This document shows positions 11,169 to 21,200 of a stretch of DNA of 55,994 bases, piece by piece; position 1 is the stretch's first letter; each line of letters begins with the position of its first letter. This stretch comes from Chthoniobacteraceae bacterium (GTDB taxonomy: Bacteria > Verrucomicrobiota > Verrucomicrobiia > Chthoniobacterales > Chthoniobacteraceae): positions 1-55,994 of the forward strand of contig JANNXQ010000090.1 of NCBI GenBank assembly GCA_031409655.1, in the 5' to 3' direction. The translations under genes were made by a program, and so were the position numbers. The notes beneath the pieces are model-generated. The model saw nothing but the letters and a program-made list of their open reading frames with translations, was not told the origin of the DNA and searched no databases.

Positions 11169-12730
11169 AACGCACCCTCCTCCTGCTCACCACGCTGCTT
11201 GCCGCGCTCGCCGCCCACTCGCCCGCCGCGACTGCGCCGCCGAATATCCTCTTTGCCATCGCCGATGACTGGGGCGCGCACGCCAGCGCCTACGGTACGC
11301 CATGGATCAAGACCCCGGCCTTTGATCGCGTGGCTCGCGAAGGCCTGCTCTTCAATCGCGCCTACACCCCGAATGCGAAGTGCGCGCCGTCCCGCGCCTG
11401 CATCCTCACCGGGCGCAATTCCTGGCAGCTCAAGGAAGCAGCGAATCACATCTGTTACTTCCCGGCGGAATTCAAAGGCTGGGGCGAGGCGCTCGCGGAG
11501 CACGGCTGGTTCGTGGGGCACACCTTGAAAGGTTGGGGACCGGGCGTGGCCATCGACGCCCAAGGCAAGCCTCGGCAAATGACCGGCGTCCCTTTCAACA
11601 AACGCAAAGCAGAACCGCCGACGCCGGAAATCAGCAACAACGACTACGCCGGAAATTTCACCGACTTCCTCAATGCCGCGCCCAAGGAGCAGCCGTGGTG
11701 CTTCTGGTATGGCGCCATCGAGCCGCATCGCGGTTACGAATTCGGCTCCGGCGTCGCGAAGGGCGGGAAGAAACTCAGCGACGTCGATCACGTCCCCGCC
11801 TTCTGGCCCGACAATGAAACCGTGCGCCACGACATCCTCGACTACGCCTTCGAGGCCGAGCATTTCGACCGCCATCTCGGTCGCATGCTCGCGGAGCTGG
11901 AAAAGCGCGGCCTCCTCGAAAACACCCTCGTCATCGTCACCGCCGATCACGGGATGCCCTTCCCGCGGAGCAAAGGAAACGCCAACGCCCTCGCGAATCA
12001 CGTGCCTTTCGCCGCCATGTGGAAGCAGGGCATCGCGCGCCCCGGCCGCGTCATCGACGACTACATCAGCTTCATCGATCTCGCCCCCACCCTCATCGAA
12101 GTCGCCGGTCTAAAGTGGGACCAGACCGGCATGGCTGCCTCGCCCGGTCGTAGCCTCACCGAGATCTTCCGCGCAGAGCGCGGCGGGCAGGTCATCGCCG
12201 CGCGCGATCACGTGCTCCTCGGCAAAGAGCGCACCGACATCGGCCGCCCGCAGGACGCCGGCTACCCCATCCGCGCCATCCTGCGGGGCGGCTTCCTGTA
12301 TGTGCAAAATTTCGAACCCACGCGCTGGCCCGCCGGCAATCCCGAGACCGGCTACCTCGACACCGACGGCGGCACCACCAAGACCTTCATCCTCGACGCC
12401 CACCGCGCCAGCCCCACCGACCCCCATTGGGCCGCCTGTTTCGGCCAGCGTCCCGCCGAGGAATTCTACGATCTGCGCACCGACCCCGATTTCACCCGCA
12501 ATCTCGCCACCGTCCCCCAAGCCACCTCCGACCTCTCCGCGCTCCGAGAAAAAATGCACACCGAACTCCGCCAGCAAGGCGACCCGCGCATGGAAGGGAA
12601 CGGCAAAGTCTTCGACGAATACCCCCACGCCAACCGCGGCTTCGTCGGCTTCTACGAACGCTTCATGGCCGGCGAGAAACTCAAAGCCGGCTGGATCGCG
12701 CCGACCGACATCGAGCCACCCAAACCCTAG
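11165..12730 (+). CDS. Secreted sulfatase (sulfamidase-like S1), paralog of 4698..6368
   Basis: Start MKRTLLLL with a signal peptide; [25 protein letters not shown] and EEFYDL. Confidence 0.93.
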   Translation: MKRTLLLLTTLLAALAAHSPAATAPPNILFAIADDWGAHASAYGTPWIKTPAFDRVAREGLLFNRAYTPNAKCAPSRACILTGRNSWQLKEAANHICYFPAEFKGWGEALAEHGWFVGHTLKGWGPGVAIDAQGKPRQMTGVPFNKRKAEPPTPEISNNDYAGNFTDFLNAAPKEQPWCFWYGAIEPHRGYEFGSGVAKGGKKLSDVDHVPAFWPDNETVRHDILDYAFEAEHFDRHLGRMLAELEKRGLLENTLVIVTADHGMPFPRSKGNANALANHVPFAAMWKQGIARPGRVIDDYISFIDLAPTLIEVAGLKWDQTGMAASPGRSLTEIFRAERGGQVIAARDHVLLGKERTDIGRPQDAGYPIRAILRGGFLYVQNFEPTRWPAGNPETGYLDTDGGTTKTFILDAHRASPTDPHWAACFGQRPAEEFYDLRTDPDFTRNLATVPQATSDLSALREKMHTELRQQGDPRMEGNGKVFDEYPHANRGFVGFYERFMAGEKLKAGWIAPTDIEPPKP

Positions 12731-12749
12731 CCACGAGCCACCGAGTCTC

Positions 12750-12860
12750 GGTGGATGGAGTGCTCCGCCGCGCCATGGCCCCGCAGCGCGCCAGCGCCTT
12801 TTTGAAGAGAGAACCCTGCGGCAAAATTTTTACCAGCGCCCTCTGAGCGAGTCATCCACC
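12750..12860. repeat. REP/MITE-like element with terminal inverted repeats
   Basis: GGTGGATGgagtGCTC at the left end and GAGCgagtCATCCACC at the right end, between convergent genes. Confidence 0.5.
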
Positions 12861-12864
12861 CCGC

Positions 12865-13620
12865 CTACAGCTCCACGTCCGGATACGGGATGAAGGTATA
12901 ACTCGGATCGATCGGATCCTTCTTCAGCGCATCCGGGTTCAGGAAAACCTTCCGTTTCATCGCCACCACATGCCCATCGCAGAAGAGGAAATTTGCCTCC
13001 CCATCCGGCGCCGTGCGCGAATCTCCACCCCCAAAAAACGTCCGCACCTCCCCCGGCACGATCGAGGCCACCCCATCCGCCCGCTCCGCCATGAAGACCG
13101 TCGCCGCCGTCCGTTCGATCCGCGAGATCTTGATCGTCTTCGCGTTTGTCGTGCTCAGGTAATCATTCATCCCGTAGCAAAAAAGAAACGGCTGCGCGCT
13201 CTTCCCCTCCGCCACCGGCACCGCCGGATTGATCCACATGGACTTATCGCCCGCCTTCGGCGGTTTCGCCGCCGTCTCCGGATCACTCAGCGGCCGCTCC
13301 CCCACATACGTCGCCAGCCGATTAAACCACGCATCCGTATCCGTCACATCCGTCGCCCCGCCCGAGACCCCATCCGAAGGCAGCGTCCCATCAAAATCCG
13401 CCAGCGAACTATTCAGCGCCGTCCCCCACTGCTTCAGATTATTGATCGACGTGGTTTGATTCCCGCGATTGCGGATGGAACCGATGACCGGAACCATGAT
13501 CGACATGAGGATCGCAATGATCGCCATGACGACGAGGAGTTCGATGAGCGTGAAGGCGTCGGCGGAACGCCGGAATTTTGGACGCGAGGCGAGGACGATC
13601 GGGAGTAGTAGGCGAGACAT
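12865..13620 (-). CDS. Prepilin-type N-terminal cleavage/methylation domain protein (PVC type)
   Basis: AFTLIELLVVMAIIAILMSI, NNLKQWG, YGMN and a C-terminal ANFLFCDGHV motif. Confidence 0.92.
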   Translation of the reverse strand: MSRLLLPIVLASRPKFRRSADAFTLIELLVVMAIIAILMSIMVPVIGSIRNRGNQTTSINNLKQWGTALNSSLADFDGTLPSDGVSGGATDVTDTDAWFNRLATYVGERPLSDPETAAKPPKAGDKSMWINPAVPVAEGKSAQPFLFCYGMNDYLSTTNAKTIKISRIERTAATVFMAERADGVASIVPGEVRTFFGGGDSRTAPDGEANFLFCDGHVVAMKRKVFLNPDALKKDPIDPSYTFIPYPDVEL

Positions 13621-13688
13621 GGCGGTAGAGATTGCTCAGCAATCTTTACAATCCCGCGGGCAAAATGCAAAGGGGGCTTGCGGGCGTC

Positions 13689-14714
13689 TTAGCGCGGCCG
13701 GGCGGTCGCAGGGCGCTCTTCGATCACGTAATCTGCGAACAGATACTCCCGGCCGCCACGCAGAAAGATCAATTTTACCGTCTGGCCGACGCCATTCAGA
13801 TAGAGCCACTTTTGAAAGTCCGCGACGGAAGTGATGCGGTTGTAGCCGAGTTGCACGAGCACGTCGTTTTCGCGCACACCGAGGCGGCCGGCGGGGCTTT
13901 CTGGCCAGATGTATTCGATGCCCACGCCGCCGTTGTGTCGCTTCGGCGTGGGGAAAAATTTTTCCTCCTCCGCGGTCAGCGGGCGCACGGCGAAGCCGGT
14001 CCACGGTGAGCGGAGGCTGCGCCGTTGTTTCAGGCTGTCGTAGATATTGAAGCAGAGGCTGATCGGCAAGAGGTGGCGCTCCCCGGGGTCTTCGACGTGG
14101 CCGGGCGCGGCGGGCGGATGGTAGCCAGTGTAGAGTGCGACCACGGCGCCGGTCTCAGCGAGGAAGACGGGACCGCCGATCGCTTCCGGGCCCAGTGCGA
14201 TGTGGGCGCGGAACATCGTGGAGCTCAGGCTTTCCTGGTAGCACTGGCGCGTGTTCAGGCCAGTGACTTCGCCGTCTGCGAACGACACGTTGGTGCCGTT
14301 GACGCTCGCTGCGGCGCGCAATCTCGTGCCGGTCGAGATCGGCAGCGCGCGGGCGTCGGCGGAAGCGGCGAGCGGCGGTGCGCCTTCGATCTTCAGGATG
14401 CCGACGTCGATCGTCGGTTCGACGCCGATGACTTCCGCGGGAAAGGCGCGAGCAGGGTCCGCGGCGCTAGTGACGCGGAAGTGGGGGAGCAGTCGGCCGG
14501 TCGCGGGATCGACGAGGTTTCGGTAGTTGGTGAGGAGGAAGCCGTCGGCTTCGACGATGTAACCGAGCGCCTGGCTGACGCGCGCGCCGGGTTCGCCCCC
14601 GCCGCCCGCGGCGTGGCCAGCGATGTGGACGATAGTGGGTGGCAGTGGCGCGGCGCGGACAGTCGCCGCGAAGCAGCAACCGATCAGGATGACCGCGGCT
14701 GCGCGGAGCGTCAT
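13689..14714 (-). CDS. HtrA/S1C-like trypsin-fold + PDZ protein with a degenerate catalytic triad
   Basis: Start MTLRAAAV. GYIVEADGFLLTN, DVGILKI, IGGPV; PDZ-like SPAGRLGVRENDVL. His and Ser positions are substituted. Confidence 0.8.
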   Translation of the reverse strand: MTLRAAAVILIGCCFAATVRAAPLPPTIVHIAGHAAGGGGEPGARVSQALGYIVEADGFLLTNYRNLVDPATGRLLPHFRVTSAADPARAFPAEVIGVEPTIDVGILKIEGAPPLAASADARALPISTGTRLRAAASVNGTNVSFADGEVTGLNTRQCYQESLSSTMFRAHIALGPEAIGGPVFLAETGAVVALYTGYHPPAAPGHVEDPGERHLLPISLCFNIYDSLKQRRSLRSPWTGFAVRPLTAEEEKFFPTPKRHNGGVGIEYIWPESPAGRLGVRENDVLVQLGYNRITSVADFQKWLYLNGVGQTVKLIFLRGGREYLFADYVIEERPATARPR

Positions 14715-14731
14715 GGGTTTTCGTCGGTCGC

Positions 14732-15250
14732 TCACGGTTGAAAGGTCTGGTTGAATGGGTTCACTTCGGTGCCACGCGTGATGCGGATGAAGCCATGCTG
14801 CGTGGCACCGTGACATTCGTTGCACGCAGCGACGACCCGATCGAAGGCGGAGAGCAACTCGTCGCGCGAAGCAGCGGGCGTGACGCGCGTGGCCTCGGCG
14901 AGCGCGTCGTAGGCGGGCAGCGCGAGGCGCTCGATGAGCACGGCGACTGGCAGCTTCTCATACTCAGGTGCCTCGCGCTGGATGGTCCTCAACTGCTCCA
15001 GCGACTCATGCACATAGAACGCGGCGAGCGGCGCGTTCCCGGCGTCGGCGGACAGCGCGAGCTTGTGCGTGAGCGTTTGCAGTGTGGCCATCAGAGCGGC
15101 GAGTTCAGGCTCGAAGGGCGCTTCGACGAGCGGTTTCAGGCCCGGTGTCTGCACCGCTGGCGCCGGACTTTCCGCCTGGGCGAAAAACCACGTGCCGAAC
15201 CCTGCGAGGAGCACGCCACAAAGGACGACGATGGCGAGGCGGGAACGCAC
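14732..15250 (-). CDS. Monoheme c-type cytochrome, cytochrome c'-like helical bundle
   Basis: N-terminal signal/anchor, helical body, and a single C-terminal CNECH (CxxCH) motif. Confidence 0.7.
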   Translation of the reverse strand: MRSRLAIVVLCGVLLAGFGTWFFAQAESPAPAVQTPGLKPLVEAPFEPELAALMATLQTLTHKLALSADAGNAPLAAFYVHESLEQLRTIQREAPEYEKLPVAVLIERLALPAYDALAEATRVTPAASRDELLSAFDRVVAACNECHGATQHGFIRITRGTEVNPFNQTFQP

Positions 15251-15256
15251 TGCGCT

Positions 15257-18200
15257 TTACTGGAAGCGGACGCGCCAGAAAAGGCGGGGCGTCGCGACGG
15301 GATCGAAGGTGCCGATATATGTCACGCGCTCGAAGTCGCCGAGATCGGTGACCGTGGCGGAAAGTTGCCAATTCAGGATCGTCGTCCAACTGCCGTCGGC
15401 CAGCGTGGTCGAGGTCTGGATCGCAGCAGTCTCGGGGACGAGGGCTTTCGGTCGGTCAAAGACGATCGTCACCGTGTTCGTGTCCAAGTCCGCGGTGACC
15501 CCGACCGGCGCGTCGTCCGCATTGAGCGGATTTCCATTGAGCAGGAACTCCGCGTAGTTATTGCGTTCGTCGCCGTCCGGGTTGGCGGTCGCACCGGAGA
15601 TGGCCGGGTTCAGGAGTTGCGCGATGGTAAAGTTCAAAAGCTGCCACTTGCTGAACGAGGTGGCGCCAGGCCCGAGGAAGATGCCGTCGGCGAATTGCGG
15701 GATGTCGATGAAGGGATTCCGATTGCCCTGCGCATAAGTGGTCCCGCCGACGGTGACCCCGCCGTAGATCGCATTGTTCCGCGAGCGTTCGTAGTCGCTC
15801 GGCAGGGAGGCACGGTGCCACGCGAGTAAGGTCGAGAGGACGCCTTGCGTGCCGACCGGTGCGGTGTTGTTCGCGAGGAGGAGATCCGTCGTCAGCGCGT
15901 CGGAGCCGTCGTAGCGCGTCATCATGTAGAGCTGCGCGCGGGCGACGACGCCCTTGTCGCGGTCGAGTGGCTCCCACGAATCGTTGTCCTTGAAGGACTC
16001 GGGAGCGAACGGATCGCTCTGGAGATTCGCGCTTTCGTCAAAGGGCAGATTCGAGCGCAGGCTGTTCACGGTGTCCTTGGCGGGAAAGAGATGATGTAAG
16101 TCCGAATAGTCCGCACCTTCATCGCCCACGCCGTCGCTGCGCGGCCAGACGTGCTCGCGATTCCACTGGCTCGAAGTCTTCGGCAGGTTCGCCAGCGAGT
16201 AGAGCAGACGCACCGCGGTGCTGTCGCCCGCCGCTTCGTCGATCACTCGCATGAGGTCGTCGATGATGCCGTAGTCGAGGATGACGTGGTCATCGATGAT
16301 GTTTTGCAGCGCCGTTTGCAGGGCCGCGCCGGTGAGTCCCTGCGCGGGAGCGTAGTAATTGGCGAGGCTGGTATTCGGCGGCAGATCGACACCGGTGAGG
16401 GTGAGGTTCACGAAGACGAGATGGTGATCCGTTGCTCCGAGGGAGCCGGTGATTGGGTCGCCCGCGCCAGGCCAGAAGACGCCGCCACTTTGCACCGTGA
16501 GGCCAAAGGCGGACGGCAGCGCGTAATCCACACGCACGCCGCCGCTGAAGGCTGCGGTGTCGTCGGGCTGCGGCCCGCTGCCGCCTCCGGGAACGAATGC
16601 GCTATTCACCAGGATATTGGCCGGAATCGGAGCGCCGCCAACCGTGGCCACTCCGCCGATGAGCTGCTTGATCGCCGGGTCGGTGCTGTCGCCCTCGTTG
16701 TTATCCGCATTTTGGTCGCCGACGATGATGAAGCGCGAGTTCACCGGCAGGCCGCCGGAGGCCGTAGCGGGCGTCTCCGTGTCGTCGTAGATGTAGGCCG
16801 AGTTCGCGGGCGTGATGTAGTCGGACCAGAAGCGGATTTCGTCGCTGTTCCGTCGGCCATTGTGATCGACGCCGGTAATCCACGGCGGGCCTTCGTCGAA
16901 GACCGGCGGCGTCGGATGGCTGGCGAGAATGTGGACGGGCGTGCCGTTCACAAGCACGGGCACGTCCATGTGCGTCTTCGAGGAAAGGCGGAAGACATTC
17001 AGTTCGGCCGGCGAATACCAGTCGGCGGGGCCGGCGCTGTTCGGGTTATCCGGCAGCAGCGCGCCGGGCATGTCTTTCCAGAGGAATTTCTGGAAGGTGC
17101 GCGCGTTCGCAGTGTCGATCGGAAACTTCGACAAGACGACCATGCCGTATTGCCCCGGATGCAGGCCGAAACCGAACGCGTCTTCGCCATAGCCCGTCGC
17201 GCCCGGTGTGGAGACGACGGTGCCGTTGTTATCGAGGTCGAAGCCGGAGTGGACGCCCGTGTTCACCGGCGCGAAGAAGGCATATGGATAATAGACCGGC
17301 GCTTCGCCGCTCTGGCCGACTTCGAGATAGTTTTCCTGGAAGCGCCGCACCGCGCGCCCGGCGTCGTCGTAATCGAACTCATTGAGCAGGATCACGTCCG
17401 GGTTGTTGCGCTGGATGATCCGAGCGATGTGCTGCGCGTTCGTGTTACTCACCGGCGTGGCGAGGTCGTTGATCAGCGTGCTGGCCGTGTCGCGGTAGAG
17501 CGAGGTGTTGAAGGTCGCCGCCTTGAAGTTATTCGAGAGGGTCACGCCGGTGTTGGTCACGTTGATCGTGATGGTGTCGAGCGTGACGTTCGTGCCGTCG
17601 AAAGCCTGGAGCCGCAACTCGTGCGTCGGCTGGGTTGCCGCGCTCAGGGCCGCCGGATTCGCGAGCGTGATCACGCCGGTATTCGGGTTCACTTTGAACG
17701 CGCCCTTCTCCAGCCCGCGCTCGAGGAAACAAAGCTGCCCGCCTTCGTAGAGCGTTTTCGCGGAGATGAGACCGTTGGTGATCGAATGCGCCTGCACGTC
17801 GAAGAGGAAGAGCGTACCCACGGCTTCGCCGAAGAGCGCCGAGACGTCGATGATGCCGGACGATTCCCAGTTGCCGAAGTCGCCGGTGTTGCCATCGGTC
17901 GAGCCGAGCGGGAGCACCGTCGAGCGATCGGTTTGCGCGACGCGCACTGCCTGGCCCGTCGTTGCGTTAAGGCGCCAGATGGAAGTCTCCTCGCCCGCCG
18001 CGCCGAAGGTGCCGGTCTGGTTCGACTGATCTTCCTGCACATAGATCGAGCCGTCGTCCGCCCAGTCGAGATTGTCCGGGCAACGCAGACCTTCCTCCGG
18101 AGTCATGAATTGCCCGCCGCCCGCGTCGTCGCCGTCGTAGAGGATGCGCAACGCGCCCGCCGTCGGGACGCCAGCGGTGAAGTCGATGTCGATGATGTAA

Positions 18201-21200
18201 GTATCGCCCCAGTTATCCGCCGGAAAGAGCGAGCCGCGGCCCGTCGACGCGAAGGCAACGATGCTGCCGTCGGTCGGGCTGGTGGAAAGATCTTCGGGCC
18301 GTGAGAAGGAGAACGCGCCGAGCGAATCCGCTTCGATATGCAGGGTAGTGTCGTTCTTGTAGCCAGCCGCGTCGTGCCCAACCATGCCAACGGCCGCGGC
18401 GTTCTTCGCATCGATCGCTACCCAGGTGCCCGCGCGCGTCGCGCCGGTGCCGTTGAACTGCTGCGGCGTGGTGTTCCCATTCGTCGCTTTCCACACGTAA
18501 AGCTGGCCGCCGCTCAGACCGTTGCGCTGGATGAAATTCGCGCCGACCGCCGTGTCTTTTACGCCAACGTAAAGGTAGAGCGGCGTACTCTGCGCATCGT
18601 CGCCCAGGAGGAACGCGACGTGCGTCGTCGTGCCGGTATCGACGAGCGCCGCATTCTCCCACGAGCCGCGACCCAGGTCCGGGAGCGCCCAGAAGTCACC
18701 GTTGGAAGTATCAAGCGCCCAGTAAGTGCCCCCGTGAGGATGACCGAAGGAGGTCGCCGTTTCCTCGCCGGTGATGTAAATGCGATTCACCAGTCCGCGG
18801 CCCGCACCGAATAGATTCGGCTCGAAGAGAGACGCCGAGCACATGCGGTCCAGCCCGCCGAGTTCCAGCTGGCTCGGGCTCGTCACGACCGCGCCATTGC
18901 GGTCATACATCCGCGCGATCGCCAGGCCGGCATCGACGACACGGCGGCTTGCCTTGTCGATGTCGAAGTAAGTGATCCGCGCGCCGCCTTTGTTCAAGAT
19001 CGTGCCATTGCTGAGGGTGAAAGGATATCCCGCCGTGCCGGTCGTCGGCACTTCGATCTCGTGGTTCATGAACACGCGCACCGTGTTCGCATTGAGCGAA
19101 TATGCCCCAAGCCCGTCCGGGGTGCCGACCGGCGAGAAGTTGCCCGCGCTGCTCGCGTTGAGCGCGCCCGTCGCGCCTTCCAGCGTATCGCCGATGGTCC
19201 AGATCGGATTCACCACATAACCTTCGCCCGGCTCGCCCTTCATCAGCGTGCTCCCGCCGCTGCCGCCGAGGATCGCATACTTGATGCCTTCCTTGCCCAG
19301 CACCGCCGGATTGAGCGAGCCGACCACCGTGCCCGCCGGCGCATTCTGCGAGATGCTGAATGGCCCAACGTTCGTGATCGGCGGCTGCGCCGTGCTGAAG
19401 TTCCAGGTCGTGGTATCTGCGATCCCCGCAAAGTCATTCCCCGACACGTCCTCGATTGCCCCAGGCGTGATCTGCACATAGTAACTGCCCGCGGAATCCA
19501 GCGGACTCGCCGGATCGATCGTCACCGTGCCCAGATTCACCGTGACCTGCGCGCTCGCGACGCTGATCGTCTCGAAGGCCGAGCTATCCGCACGGAAGAT
19601 CGTGATCGTCCCAGCACCCTTCTGAATCAACTCGTTGAAGGACACCTTGAGATTTGACGAAATAGGCAGCCCGCCGGACCCGTCCGCAGGCGTAAAGAAC
19701 GCCACCGTCGGCGGCGTGGTATCGACGCCGGTCGTCTCTGTGACCGTGAACTTCAACTGCGGATCGCCCGGATCGAAGGTGTTGCCTTTGCCCGAGAAGG
19801 TGATGGCGTCCGGCGCGTTCACCGCCGCAAGAATGATGCTGAAATCCTCGCCCGTATTCAGCCGCGAGATCAGCGCGGAGGCCGCGGCGCTGAGATTCAG
19901 GGTGAAGGTGTTGAAAGTCGGGTCCGTCGGCGTCGGCGTGTAAGTGAACTGCCCGAGCGAGATCGGCGCGAACGTGTATTGCGCCGGGTCGATGCCATTC
20001 GGGAACGTCGAGTTGAAGGTCTTTCCGGCGGAAGAATCCGTGGTCAGGAAAAACTCGAGCTGCGTGCCCGTGGTGAAGCTGCGATTGTTTTGCCGCAGCG
20101 TGAATTCGAGCGAGGTGATTCCGGTGATCGTCGAAGCACCGGACAGCCCGAAGTCCAGCTTGGTAAAGTTGAATGTGCCAAAGCCATAAACCGCGAACGT
20201 GCCCTGCCCGCTGCCTTCCCCGTAGTAGTCCACTGTGGCGCTGGATCCCGTCTGCGTGACGCGCGTCTGCGTCGTGAAGGTCTCCGTTGCCGTCGGCTGA
20301 GCGGACGGTGCAGCCGTGGTGAAGTTCCAAGCCGCTGCGCCGCTCAGGCCCACGTAGTCGTTACCCGCAAGGTCCTCAATTGCGCCCGCCGCGATCTCCA
20401 TATAGTAACCCGTCGAGTTCGCGAAGTTCGTGGAGGGCGTGATCGTCACCGCCGCGCCCGAAACCGCCACCTGCGACGAGGCGATGGCGATGGTTTCAAA
20501 AGCCGTGCCATTGCTGCTGCGCCGGAGGACGATGTTCCCGCTCGCACCCTTCTTGACCGCCTCATTGAAAGTGACCGTCGGCGTCGCCGTCACCGGCACG
20601 TTGGTCGCATTGTCGAGCGGCGCGAGGCCGGTGACCAGCGGCGCGACGGTGTCCGCAGTGACGGTGGCGCTGACGAGCAGGTTGTCGATGCGGTTGTTGC
20701 CGCTGCTCGAAGTCGCACCGCTCACTATGTAGCGGAGCCGCACATTGGCCTGACCATCCACGGCATTGATTGCACTGAGATTCACCGTCGCGACGGCAAA
20801 TGTTGTGGACGTTGTCGCTGTATTGACACCCGCAATCGTCGTGAAAGCTCCGCCCCCCACGCTATAAGACCAGACTCCGCTGCTGAACCCAGTCCCCGTG
20901 CCGCGCGTGGCAAAAGTCACAATCGGATCGGCATGGTCGGCGAGATTGAGCTGCAACTCAACGTAGCTGCCATTTCCCGGAAACGGTGCCGCAGAACCGC
21001 CCGCCACGAGGCTCAGAGACTCCTCCGCCGGATCGCTCCCCTGCACATTGATCGTCGAACCAGCAAAGTCATCCACCGTGCCGAGATAACCGGTGAGCGA
21101 GAGCGTTCCCGTTCCCTGACTGGCTGGGATGGAGGTGGGCACACCTCCAGTTCCGGGGTTGCTGGCGGTGGCGATCGAGAGGGTGTTGAAGCTCCAGTAC

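Noticed and set aside
17710..19250. Intein explaining the split cadherin domain
   Set aside because: No N-terminal Cys/Ser splice block or C-terminal His-Asn was seen; the insert carries PhoX-like motifs instead.
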